Shown here one piece after another: positions 1-16,700 of a stretch of DNA of 64,000 nt (position 1 is its first letter; the number at the start of each line of letters is the position of its first letter). The notes below the pieces were generated by a model, which worked only from the letters and a program-made list of their open reading frames with translations, had not been told where the DNA came from and searched no databases. Source of the stretch: Paraspadella gotoi (lineage: Eukaryota > Animalia > Chaetognatha); NCBI GenBank assembly GCA_051294375.1, contig CM119270.1, forward strand, positions 20,792,417 to 20,856,416. The letters run 5' to 3'. Both the position numbers and the translations under genes were made by a program.

Positions 1-279
1 AAAATTGGCCAAATGCATCAAGGTATCCTCGTGGTTCAGCATCATTGCAGTTTCCATTGGTGTCGCCGTCAACATGACCTTTTTCATGGTGAGAGAGAGG
101 AATTTTCAAAGGACGAGGCCGGGCAATATCTATATTGATATTAATATAAATTATATAAAATAAATATTAATATTCTGATCACTCAATAACAAACATTTTT
201 GATTTTTCAGTTGGCGATTTTTTACTTCGGAACGAATGCAAAGATGAACGCAGCGTTGAAAAGTCTTTCTGTCGAGTTA

Positions 280-356
<77 letters not shown>

Positions 357-2672
357 CATTATTATTATTATTATCCTTTTAAAAAACATACCAATTAGCT
401 TGGTCCACATTTTTCCGCATTTATTAATTTTATTTCTTCTTTTTTTTTTAGTTTCTTCAGCGAACCTTTTTATACTCATTACATGGAACGAAACGGTTTG
501 CAAAATCAGACGGCCAACTATACTGGAACCATGTATCTGAAGGTGATACAGGGTGATTGAAAAAGTATTTGAGGTACACTATTAATATACTTTAAACGAA
601 TAAACAGGAAACTCCGGGTTTAACGATCATCACATTTCTTGCGTTACTTTACTGTAATTTGGCCTGGCTCTTGGCTCCCGTCCTTTTCCACATTATTTGC
701 CACATTCTTGATTACGAACTTAAGACGCTAAAGGTAATAATAAATAATATTAAATAATGAGATAAATAATAATAATAAAGAAAATTAAGATTAGATAAGA
801 AAAGAGTTTTCTTAGTCAATTTTTTTTAAAAATTGGTAAATATATATTATCTTTTCTTCAAACCACTTTTCAATCCCAGACCCACTACGACGAGCACATC
901 CTCACTCCCTCCAACATCCGGGGAGCGAAGATTCTCCGTATCTTCGAGAGTCTCCGCGCTCGACACGCCGGCCTCTGCGACCTCATCGCGATTGTGGACG
1001 ACATCTTCGCTTCCTTCATCTTTTGCTCCTTCATGTGCAATCTCATTATGGCTTGCTCCCTTTGCTTTAGGATCATAAAGACGGCGACGGTAGAGTAGAG
1101 GGTAGAAGGGTAGGAGGCCTTATAAATGATAAATTTTATCATTTTCATGAAAATATTAAAATTTTATTATTATCTTTAAAATTTTATACATCTAATGTAT
1201 GTATAATAATAATTTTATAAACATGTATCTTTTAGATTTGTACCAATTTTACATATTTGATTTTTCAATTAAATATGAATATTTTTTGATTTGTATCTAT
1301 TTATTAACAAATTTATTAGTTTGGATTAAAAAAATAAGCTTTGTAAAAGCATGTACAAGCATTTTTAAATATTGTAAAAATTAATTTAATAATTTATTAT
1401 TGAAGTAATCCTTTATTTTTCGTTGTTACTATTAATTAGAGAATTGACAAAGTTTTTGTTTGCAACGAATTTTATTTATAGTTGAACAGACATGTTTCGA
1501 CTTGTTTTACAAGTCTTCATCAGCGTCTGTTCAACTATAAATAAAATTCGTTGCAAACAAAAACTTTGTCAATTATCTAAATAATTTATTTAAAAAATTA
1601 TAACAAAAATAAATCATTCAAAAAATTATTTTAAAACATAAAATACGGTATGTAATAGATAAACTATTATTCACTTATTGTTGATATTAAATCCTAAGAC
1701 ATACAGTTAATCCCGTACAATGAATATTCAAATTATTACACCCTTTACTCCCCCCCTTAAAACAGTCGGGCGATGCCATTTCCGTCATAACCCCCAGCGT
1801 CTGGATGGCGATGGCTTTCATCCATCTATCCATCGTCTGCATCGGAAGCGGAAAAGTCAACGACTCTGCGCATGCGCTCAACGACAGCGTTTACTTAACG
1901 TCGTTCAAGAAAGGAGCCAACGCGGAGTTGTTGAATAAGGTTGTGGGGGAGGGGTGGAGTCGAAGGATGAGTTTTTAAACAAAGTTGGGTAGAAATATGG
2001 AGAGGTATTTTAAGGACAGAAAAGGCGAGTGATGGGGACAAAACTAAAGAAAACTACTAAGATGCTAAGAAATTATAAGGAAATGTCCTTTTAGACGATT
2101 AAAACAGTGAAAACATATTATATCACATCATTGATAACGAAGCCAAGCAATCTGGAAAGCAATGAACCTGATTGTGAAAGCTTGTTTTCTTTTAAGAGAG
2201 CTGGAGCTCTTAACTCCTCGCTTCTCCAATGTCGGGAGGTTGTAACAATATTATACTGAATTACTGATAAAACTTTTTTTTAAACATTAAACTTTATCGC
2301 TCCTGAGAACACATTGTGACTCTGTAAATTTTCTGCTCTTCAGATAAACGTTTTCCTTCACAAACTTCACGGTCCGTCCATCGGATTCACAGCTTGGAAA
2401 CTTTACGTCGTCGATCGAAGCTCAATTCTCACAGTGAGTTTTCACTAAAATTTTGTAAAAAGATTTCTTCAAATGTTTCCCTACAAAATCCTTTTAAGTA
2501 ACCTGGCTTAATATTTCAATTTTCAGTCTTAAAGTCTGAACAAATAAACTTTGTTTGGCTTTATTGTTTAATATTATTTCAGATTAATAATTAAGGTCTT
2601 TATTGTTTTTCCCAGGTCTGTTCAACGTTTTTGGCTTATCTGGTTGTTCTTCTCACCTTCCCACAAGAATAA
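1..2672 (+). CDS. Gustatory receptor-like (GRL / 7TM ion channel superfamily) protein, 5'-partial, 8 exons in window
   Basis: Exons <1-88, 211-275, 452(or 461)-542, 608-733, 880-1089, 1766-1939, 2344-2433 and 2616-2672 join in frame with GT-AG introns. The translation has several TM segments, LRARHAGLCDLIAIVDDIFASFIF, GFTAWKLYVVDRSSILT and terminal AYLVVLLTFPQE*. These match the GR-family IL2/IL3 regions and the TYhhhhhQF-like TM7 motif. The last introns are phase 0, as is typical for the GR/GRL family. Confidence 0.85.
1442..1574. repeat. 50-bp perfect inverted repeat (hairpin) in GRL intron
   Basis: The arm at 1442-1491 (aattgacaaag...gttgaacagac) is the reverse complement of 1525-1574; the loop is 33 nt. 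Confidence 0.92.
1489..1523 (-). ncRNA. Minimal hammerhead ribozyme motif, Penelope-like-element type
   Basis: Minus strand reads CTGATGA-A-[GACTTGT aaa ACAAGTC stem II]-GAAAC-AT-GTC. This gives both conserved core boxes, a GUC cleavage triplet and a palindromic ACATGT mini helix III. Confidence 0.7.
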
Positions 2673-3044
2673 CAAAACTATTTCCTAATCACAAACCTAA
2701 TTTCGTATTCATCACAAGAGTCACGGCACCCTATCATCCTATTATGCTGCATTCTTATTATTTAGTATTTATGCCTCAAATTAATTATTTGATATATTTT
2801 TGTGAACAAAAAAAAACAATGAAAGTAGTGTATTTTATTTCCTAAAATAACAAATATCACACGAAAGGTTTCGCTGATGAACAAGAGTTCAAATCCACTG
2901 TCATCTTGAAATGTGACAAAAGGCGACTTTAAGTAGATAGTTTAGGAAGATTAAAACTCATAAATTATTACATTAGGTATTATTTCAGTTTATGATCAAT
3001 TTTAAGACATCCTCATTTCTGTCCCAGCATTTCAAGAATAGACT

Positions 3045-6055
<3,011 letters not shown>

Positions 6056-6589
6056 GACCAATTTTTAATCTATATTTTATAACAATTATTATTAAAATAA
6101 TGGAGTAATTTGTATGGATGATATGTGCGTGTTTTAGTTGTCAGTTAGAGGTTTTAATTAGTGACGAGTGAAATAATTGAATTTTGTGATTTTTCTTTTC
6201 GTTAATTATTGTTAACCTTTTTAATAATTATCGTATATTGTTTTTTAAAAAATGAATTGTCAGAGAAATTGGGTTGATACGCTTGTCGCCGAATTTTGTA
6301 TTAAAGCGATTGAAGGGAGAATAAACAAGATCGGTTCGTCCATTGTGTTGCGCCGCAGTAACTTTATTTTCACGTGTATTTCCTTTTGATCACATGATAT
6401 GATATGACATGACATGACAAGACTAAAAAACTTTAAGACTTTATTTATGCACTGCATCGAAATATATGTTTTTTTTTTCTTATACTTTTAGGATATTCTG
6501 AAGGCGGGGGTAGGAGTCACTTAGTTTTGAGGTTTTTTCATGTCTTAACAAATGAGCAACCAACTAGAGGCGAATTATATACATTTTTA

Positions 6590-6675
6590 ACGTACATACC
6601 AACCGACATACCGACAGACCGACCGAAAAGTGACTTATAGAGTTTTTCCGCCAGCACTCGCGGCTCAACTAAAAA
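6590..6675 (-). mobile_element. 5' end fragment of a HINE/DINE-1-like (non-autonomous Helentron) element
   Basis: Minus strand reads TTTTTAGTT...ACTCTATAAGTCACTTTTCGGTCGGTCTGTCGGT, i.e. a T-run start followed by a GTCY-like microsatellite. The layout matches the element at 50255. Confidence 0.45.
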
Positions 6676-8709
6676 TCAATAAATAAAATCTAACGACTTG
6701 AAATTGAATGAGATAAGAGTCAAGATCTTTTTTAAAAATTGTCGTAGATTAGGATGAGGAAAAGGCTTTGGATTTTCAACGGGAAAAGGATGATGATAAA
6801 GAAATTTCGATAAGGATCGCAAAAAGCGAATTAAAACTTATCAAATCATTAATAAGTTGTTTTTTTTAAATGAAAGTGAAATTTGACAGTCAGGCGGTTT
6901 TCACGTCTTTTTCCTAACTGTCTCAACTGTTTTAACTCTGCCGATCAATTTGATCCATTCTGCATGTCGCTTTTTTGGAGTAAAACATCAAAAGAACATT
7001 ATTTCACGTTTCCATAATAAATTTTATAATAAATGTAACAAATACAAATAGTGAAACTGCAATGAAAATTAAAAGACCAAAGTGAAACTTGTCGTAACCG
7101 ACATAACGACTTTGTCTTTAATGAAAGAAAAAAAACTTTGCCGTTTTATTTTAACATCTGCTATCATTTTGACGATTCTCGTTAAGCGATAACTTTTTCT
7201 GACGAAGATGACGACTATGACAACAACAACAAAAACAACAACAACAACAAAAACCAACCCACTAAACAAATTACTAACGAACTCACTATTCATGTTTTTA
7301 TCTTTTTAAAAACGAAATTATGAGAAGTATTCGTCGACTTTTAGATTGCACGATTAGCCGGCAATGTTTAAATTGTATAATTAATAATATTCGTACTCTT
7401 ATGTAATCATTTTATATTAGTATTACGATTGTACTCAATACCTCAATTTACTTTTGTTTATCCATTTACTCGCGACATAAAATCAAACGGTCAAAGGCGA
7501 CCTCTCTCGTTTCTCAACAGAATCGAAATTCAACAAAAGACATCTTCAGCACAAATTAGTTTCGATTTAAAACGCATTTTCTCTCGTAAAACTGCAAAAC
7601 TGTAGCAGTAAAATTAGTCATTTATTGTTCAAAGAAGCTACTTATAAAGTATTGAACGTAATTTGTATCCGAAGGTAAGTTTTAGATTCAGTTTTGAATT
7701 CAATTTCAAAAGAGAAAAGTAATTTACCGACGACTCCCTCGAGAATTCCGCGAGTTTTTAACCGAGTAATTTAAAAAAAGAAAGAAAATGATTAAAATAA
7801 GTAAGTGAATTCCCTCTCTCACCCCTTAACTTTTCAAACGCAGGTTCCTTACCCCCAAAAGCGAGAAATAACCTCACCTCGTCCCTCAGGCTTCATCATC
7901 GTCGGCGGATGAAATAGAAAAAAAAATCTCTCACTTCTCTCGTTCTACTTTTCGACTTTCGAAATGAGGAAAACGAATCATTTTCGGGCAAGAGCGGTAA
8001 AGATAACGACGAGCATGACGACGATAACGACGACGACGAAACGCCGCGGCAGAAAAAACCCAGAAAGAGTCTCCAGGAGCAGCGTCTACCGCAGGAGCTA
8101 CGATTTCAGCGGCAGCTGCGGCGGCGACCGCGGCGAACGCGGCGCTTTTTAGAAAAACCTTAAAAGGGGAACGGTCGCCGCTGCGACGACGACGACGAAA
8201 ACGACGACGGTGACAGCGGGGCGACGGCTCCGACGCGGCGGCTCCGCGAGAGGCACGTCCGCAGCAGCCGGCGCCATTTTGAAAGAAAAAAAAAAGAAAA
8301 AATAGAGAGAGATAGAGAGAGAGTGAGGTGAAAAAACCAGCTGAACCACCGAGGACGAATCATCTTCTTCTTCTGCGTTCGTCGCTCGACTTAAAAGAAG
8401 AGACTCTAATACAGGAAGAAGACACGAAAAAAAAAATACTATTGATATCTCTCTCTCTCGCTCTCGCGCTTTTTCTTAAATATCGTCTCGCTCTCTATCT
8501 CTCTCTCGCTCTTATTTATTGTTTCCATTCTACTAAGAAGAAAAAAAAAGCACCTGCTACGAACGACGGTTGATGGTCGCTGCTTCGAGCGAATTACCTT
8601 TTTTATTTTCTTTTTTTTTCTTCAAATTTTTTCGATTTAACGATTCGTCTATCTTTCGGTGACGCGAGAAACAACGAAAAAAAAACAGAGACAAAACAAA
8701 AAAGAAACA

Positions 8710-9260
8710 ATGAGGAGACGAAACACTCGGTTGTTGGCGATCTCCCTCGTCGCTCCCTTGGTGGCGCTTTTTGCAACCATCGTTGTGGGAGAAGGTGAGA
8801 GAGGAAGGATGACTAATTGTAATCATTGAATTACAATAATACAATAGTACAAGAGTTATTGATAATAATAGGGATAGATTAAGAAGGTGGATCGAGAAAT
8901 TTTGTTATATTATTAACGGATGGTTGTGTGATAGATTCTTGAATATTAAAAATATTAATATTTAATAATAATAGTTGAAAAAGTGGAAAAGAGAAAGAAG
9001 AAAATAATGTCGGTTAACTATATTTACATTGTAAACTGATAAAGGCGACAGGAATTTGAAACGATTTATAATTTCGTAACTAAAGACCGAAAAAAAAAAA
9101 GAAATATAAAAATCTCGTGCATAATGGATATTCTATATTTAAAAGAGATAACAATAGTAAAAATCGGAGATATAATAAGAATAAGAACAACAACAACAAC
9201 AACTACGACTTCGAAGGTGAAAATCGCGTCGATGAAAATAAATCGATATCGGATTTTGAT

Positions 9261-9294
<34 letters not shown>

Positions 9295-10492
9295 AGACGA
9301 TAACGACGACGACGACGACGACGATAACGACGACGACGTTGAGGAAGACACCTACGGCGGAAAAGACAGAGACAAAGAAAAACTACAAAGAAGAATGAGC
9401 AAATGACGAAGACGATGACATTGATGATGACCCCCTTGGTTGCAACGTCGAGCACAACGACTGCAACATGACGACGGATGACAAGGATGACACTGATGAT
9501 GACATCCTGGTTTGCAACGTAGAGCACAACAACTACTATCACGACCATGATGACGAGGAAGGCGACGATGATGATAACAGTGATGACGATGATGATGATA
9601 CCCACAGTCATAAAAACCTTGACAAAATTGACAACGATAACGAAGATGACATCGATAACGACAACGACAATGTTGAGGACACCTTCGATGGGAAAGATGG
9701 AGACCAAGACGACCTTCAACGACGCAGTTGACACTGAGGACGATGACAACGACGACGATGACGACGATGACTACGACGACGTTAACAACGATTGATGACA
9801 CTGAGGAAGCCCACATGGTCGTAATGACTAAGACAACGACCTGCAATGAGAATGGTAACAATGACAATGACCAGGATTAGCGGTAGCCGACCAAATTAAA
9901 ATTTTAATGGGAACAGCATTAAACTAATCCATTATTGGTATTAATTATTGTGTTAAAATATTTTTTTGCAAAAAAGTTCCGGACCATGAGTAATTCGCTA
10001 ATTAAAATTATTATATTGCTATATAATGTCAAATTTTTTTGGGGGATATTTTAAGTTTTTTTAATTGATTCTGATAGAGCTCAAAAAGTTAATCAAAAAA
10101 TGTAATTACAACTGTTTAAAATTTTAATATTTTATTATATTATTAATTAAAGATGACAATGACATTGATGACAACGACTCCTGTAGCGGTACAGAAAAAA
10201 GACACTAGATGCGTAAAGATGACAATGAGGTTGATTTCAATGACAAATGAAAGACGACGACAACTACAACCAGGAAGACGCCAAAGATGACAATGACGAC
10301 GTCGATGACGATGAAATCGACGATGACATTGACGATGACACCCTTGCTTGTCACGTCAAACACGACGACTACAACCACGACGACGACGACGATGACGACG
10401 ACGATGATGATGACGTCTTTAGCCGATAAAGGTGAGAGAAAAGTGAGGTCAAGCTCTGCTGAGCGAGGATGGGATGGGAAAGCGGGAGGGCG

Positions 10493-10528
<36 letters not shown>

Positions 10529-10663
10529 AGAGAAACTGAAACAGGCAGACAGGCAGACATAAATATAAACAACGAGATTTAACAAAGAATAAAAGTTCGA
10601 AAGTTCCGCCAGAAATTTCAAGGAAAAGAAAAGTGAAGGTCAGGATTAAACGTCTGTGGAATC

Positions 10664-10713
<50 letters not shown>

Positions 10714-13700
10714 AAGAGAGAGAGAGAGAGAGAGTCGCGTGGAATTAAAGAAGGTAAGGGTTTAGATTAATGGATCACGTGACCTTTAGTCGATAAAGAA
10801 ACCGAAAGAAAATCTAAAAATAAAGACTTGAAAAATCGATAAAGCGGAAGAAAGAATCAGAGATTGGGTAAGGGTTGGTTAAGTTGAGTTTGGGGTCAGT
10901 CGTAGTTGGGTAAGTTGAGTTTGGGGGTCAGTCTGGGTCTGTTGGGGTTGGGTAAGTTAAAATGCAAGCTGTTAAAATGCAAGCTGATGAGCTGATAGTT
11001 ATGTACTCGATAATGCTCGGAAAAAATGTGTAGCTCAAAAAATTAATTTAAAATCGAGAAAAGAAGCTCATGTGTCGATAGTGGAAATAATCTGATAGTT
11101 AGTATAAAAGAAGATTTAAATATAATATTATTATAATAATAGAATACTTATAGATTAATTCGATAAAAAAATTAATATTCTTGACTATCGAGAATTCGTC
11201 AATCTTTTTTAAAGATTCGACCACCCCCTATGAAAACCAGATCCGTTATAAAATGTCGGTCACATTGGTAGTAGAAGTCAAAAGAATTTAGCCGACAGAA
11301 AAGACCTTTGTTGGTAAAAAAAAATGGTTGTTTTAAATGAAGGATGTTTAATACTTTGTGTACAATAGTATAATAAAATAATATATAAATATGATATTAT
11401 AATAAAATATCCGATAGGGATGAGAGAGCGAGAGCAAGAAATGTCATTCAAAAGTCGAATCTCATTTCCCGGAATTCGAAATCGATCTCTTTGTGGGACT
11501 CGGGACTCCCGTCCGCCGGGTCTCATGACTTGGGGAGACGCGGGGCTTTGGACTCTGAGAGCGGAGGACTCGGGAGAGAGAGATTAAAAGCTGGATGACT
11601 TAGTTCTGTGGATTTAAAGCTCAGGCTTGAGAGATAGCTGGGGGACTGAAAGCTGGAGGTTTGAGAACTTACAGTTTGCAGATTAAGGGCTCAGGACTGA
11701 AAGCCGAGGTTTAAGGGAAACTGGAAGTCTAAGGATTGAGAACTGAAAGCCGAGGTTTTAGGGCTTAGACCTTGAAGCTGGAAGACTACTAAAGGGTTTA
11801 AGCCCAAGAGGCTTTGGACTGGGGCTGAGAAATTCCGATTTTAGGCTTGAGCTTCAGTTGTAAAAAAAGAAAATCATCACGAAACAATTTTTCTTTTTTC
11901 TCTGAAGAAAAAGTTGTTTTCTTTTTTTTTTTTTCTTTTTATCTCTTTGGATCTTCTCTCTTTTTCGAAATATAAGTCGGGTTCAAAGTACAGTGTCGAG
12001 ATGAAAAAACGCTCCTGTCAATACTAAGATATTTGATAATAATAAAAATTAATAACTTTTTTTCTTATAGTAATAATAAGAAATAGGTACAAGCAATATA
12101 AAAAATATATATTCATTTAATAAATAAGCTATCTTGCCCCTAACTTTAGACAGGTTTTGGTTGTTTAAAGCCTCCACCACTCTTACAAGATAATGACATA
12201 TTGATATAATGACATTAAGACTCTCTCACAGTCTCGTTTATTCACTCCCAGAGTACCTGGCTTCCCTATCAATGAAGTGGTATAATATTTAGAAGAATGT
12301 TTAAATTGTATAAAGGACCACTCCCTTAAATATAATAGAACGGAACGCTATATTCGGAATGACAATTTATTCAGCTTTTTCGTCAAAACGGAAAAAGTTA
12401 CTAAAAACGTATTTTTTGGGGCGAAAAAATAAATATTCTAGAGACTAAAAGGAATAAGTTAAAACACAAGCGGATTGTCATTCCTGTGTCATTCGTCTTA
12501 ATCATTCGACTTTGTCAATTTATCTTTGTCATTCGTCGATGTCATTTGTTTGCTCAGTTGTCAGTTCGCCAAAGGGACCAGTTTGTTTAAATTCCCTTCA
12601 TTCGTTCGTTCGCGCTTGAAAGAACAAATACTCTTTCCGTTCGATAGAGAAAATTATTTCAATTTGAAAGCAAATAAGTTTTTTTTTTCATTTGATGAGA
12701 TTTAAAAAGATGAATAGATACATAAGTCATATTTTCATTCGCTTTTGAGTCAATTAAAAGAGACTTATCCACGCGAAACAACAGCAGGGCCAATCTATCA
12801 ACAGCAGAACAAATCTATCAACAGCAGAACAAATCTTGCAACAGCAGAACTAATCTATCAACATTAGAACAAATCTATGAACATCAATCAAAACAATTTC
12901 ACCATCAACGAGAACAACTTTGGCTACAATCGATTCTCGATTCCATTTGTAAAAATGATTTTTCTTTTTATCTGAAAATCGAATTTGAGTCACGATTTTT
13001 CTTAGTAATTCGATAAGAAAATCGACTGAGAATCACGTGACAAGAAAAACAAAAGAACATATATCGACGAATCGTTAAGATTATTATTAAACTATTAAAT
13101 TATTAAAAAATATTATTAAACACGACAAAAATATTTTCAAGATTATATATATAAACTTTTTTTTTATTCTAGTGAAAAGGAAAAGCGTCCGATTTTTTAA
13201 TTTTATATTAATATTTTTTTATTAATAGAATTTATATCCTAAAGAACAAAAAAAAACAAAAAAAAGAATGGATCATCTTATTTCCTTTGCATTTCTTTCT
13301 TCCCTTTTATCTCCTCTATCGCCCTAATCTATCTTCCCTATCTTTCTTTTCTTTTTCTCTTCTCTTTTCCATTCATCGCTTGGTTTCCTTACCTTCTTAT
13401 TTACTTTCCTTACCCCCCTTTCCCCACTCACCCCACCCCAAACAGCACCCACCCCGCCCGCCACCGACGCCCCCACGTGGTTCAACTCCTCCTTCCCCCG
13501 CGAACCCGACGCCATCTTTCACGGACTCGTCAAAGAGAATTGCTCGAGAACGGCGACGAGGCAAGAGTAGAAGTATCGCCCAGGATCGTGGCCACTGCCT
13601 CTCAGGTGAGATGAGATGAGATGAGATGAGATGAGATGAGATGAGAAAATGGCTCGAGAACGGCGACGAGGCAAGAGTAGAAGTATCGCCCAGGATCGTG

Positions 13701-16700
13701 GCCACTGCCTCTCAAGGTGAGATGAGATGAGATGAGATGAGATGAGATGAGAAATGGCTCGAGAACGGCGACGAGGCAAGAGTAGAAGTATCGCCCAGGA
13801 TCGTGGCCACTGCCTCTCAAGGTGAGATGAGATGAGATGAGATGAGATGAGATGAGAATGGCTCGAGAACGGCGACGAGGCAAGAGTAGAAGTATCGCCC
13901 AGATCGTGGCCACTGCCTCTCAAGGTGAGATGAGGTGAGATGAGATGAGATGAGAAATGGCTCGAGAACGGCGACGAGGCAAGAGTAGAAGTATCGCCCA
14001 GGATCGTGGCCACTGCCTCTCAAGGTGAGATGAGATGAGATGAGATGAGATGAGATGAGAAATGGCTCGAGAACGGCGACGAGGCAAGAGTAGAAGTATC
14101 GCCCAGAATCGTGGCCACTGCCTCTCAAGGTGAGATGAGATGAGATGAGATGAGATGAGATGAGAAATGGCTCGAGAACGGCGACGAGGCAAGAGTAGAA
14201 GTATCGCCAGGATCGTGGCCACTGCCTCTCAAGGTGGTGGATGAGATGAGATGAGATGAGATGAGAAATGCTCGAGAGGCGACGAGGCAAGAGTAGAAGT
14301 ATCGCCAGATCGTGGCCACTGCTCTCAGGTGAGATGAGATGAGATGAGATGAGATGAGATGAGATGAAATGGCTCGAGAACGGCGACGAGGCAAGAGTAG
14401 AAGTATCGCCCAGATCGTGCCACTGCCTTCTCAAGGTGAGATGAGATGAGATGAGATGAGATAGAGAGAATGGCTCGAGAACGGCGACGAGGCAAGAGTA
14501 GAAGTATCGCCCAGGATCGTGGCCACTGCCTTCTCAAGTGAGAAGATGAGATAGATGAGATGAGATGAGATGAGAAATTGGCTCGAGAAGGCGACGAGGC
14601 AAGAGTAGAAGTATCGCCCAGGATCGTGGCCACTGCCTCTCAAGGTGAGATGAGATGAGATGAGATGAGATGAATGAGATGAGATGAGAAATGGCTCGAG
14701 AACGGCGACGAGGCAAGAGTAGAAGTATCGCCCAGGATCGTGGCCACTGCCTCTCAAGGTCGATGAGATGAGATGAGTGAGATGAGATGAGATAGAAATG
14801 GCTTCGAGAACGGCGACGAGGCAAGAGTAGAAGTATCGCCCAGGATCGTGGCCACTGCCTCTCATGAGATGGATGAGATGAGATGAGATGAGATGAGAAA
14901 TGGCTCGAGAACGGCGACGAGGCAAGAGTAGAAGTATCGCCCAGGATCGTGGCCACTGCCTCTCAAGGTGAGATGAGATGAGATGAGATGAGATGGAGAT
15001 GAGAGTGAAATGGCTCGAGAACGGCGACGAGGCAAGAGTAGAAGTATCGCCCAAGGATCGTGGCCACTGCCTCTCAATGAGATGAGATGAGATGAGATGA
15101 GATGAGAAATGGCTCGAGAACGGCGACGAGGCAAGAGTAGAAGTATCGCCAGGATCGTGGCCACTGCCTCTCAAGGTAGAGAGATGAGATGAGATGAGAT
15201 GAGATGAGAATATGGCTCGAGAAGGCGACGAGGCAAGAGTAGAAGTATCGCCAGGATCGTGGCCACTGCCTCTCAAGGTGAGATGAGATGAGATGAGATG
15301 AGATGAGATGAGATGAGAAATGGCTCGAGAACGGCGACGAGGCAAGAGTAGAAGTATCGCCCAGGATCGTGGCCACTGCCTCTCAAGGTGAGATGAGATG
15401 AGATGAGATGAGAAATGGCTCGAGAACGGCGACGAGGCAAGAGTAGAAGTATCGCCCAGGATCGTGGCCACTGCCTCTCAAGGTGGTGAGATGAGATGAG
15501 ATGAGATGAGTGGATGAGATGAAAATGGCTCGAGAATGCGACGAGGCAAGAGTAGAAGTATCGCCAGGATCGTGGCCACTGCCTCTCAGGTGAGATGAGA
15601 TGAGATGAGATGAGATGAGATGAGAATGGCTCGAGAAGGCGACGAGGCAAGAGTAGAAGTATCGCCAGGATCGTGGCCACTGCCTCTCAGGTGAGATGAG
15701 ATGAGATGAGATGAGATGAGATGAGAAATGGCTCGAGAACGGCGACGAGGCAAGAGTAGAAGTATCGCCCAGGATCGTGGCCACTGCCTCTCAAGGTGAG
15801 ATGAGATGAGTATGAGATGAGATGAATGAAATGGCTCAGAAGGCGACGAGGCAAGAGTAGGAAGTATCGCCAAGGATCATGGCACTGCCTCTCAAGGTAG
15901 ATGAGATGAGATGAGATGATGCAAATGGCTCGAGAATGGCGACGAGGCAAGAGTAGCAAGTATCGCCAGGATCGTGGCCACTGCCTTCAAGGTGAGATGA
16001 GATGAGATGAGATGAGATGAGATGATGAAAATGGCTCGAGGAACGGCGACGAGGCAAGAGTAGAAGTATCGCCCAGGATCGTGGCCACTGCCTCTCAAGG
16101 TGAGATGAGATGAGATGAGATGAGATGAGATGAGAAATGGCTCGAAGAACGGCGACGAGGCAGAGTAGAAGTATCGCCAGATCGTGGCCACTGCCTCTCA
16201 AGGTGAGATGAGATGAGATGAGATGAGATGAGAAATGGTCGAGAACGGCGACGAGGCAAGAGTAGAAGTATCGCCCAGGATCGTGGCCACTGCCTCTCAA
16301 GGTGAGATGAGATGAGATGAGATGAGATGATGAGAAATGGCTCAGAAGGCGACGAGCAAGAGTAGAAGTATCGCCCAGGATCGTGGCCACTGCCTCTCAA
16401 GGTGAGATGAGGGAGATGAGATGAGATGGATGAGATTGAAATGGCTGAGAACGGCGACGAGGCAAGAGTAGAAGTATCGCCCAGAATCGTGGCCACTGCC
16501 TCTCAAGGTGAGGTGAGATGAGATGAGATGAGATGAGATGGAAATGGCTCGAGAACGGCGACGAGGCAAAAGTAGAAGTATCGCCCAAGGATCGTGCCAC
16601 TGCCTCTCAAGGTGAGATGAGATAGATGAGAATAGATGAATAATGGCTCGAGAACGGCGACGAGGCAAGAGTAGAAGTATCGCAAGGATCGGGGCCACTG

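Noticed and set aside
7878-7900. Minus-strand MMKPEGR mini-exon as a coding first exon of the kinase
   Set aside because: Splicing to the nearest acceptor before the kinase ATG gives an immediate TAA; at most a 5' UTR exon or uORF.
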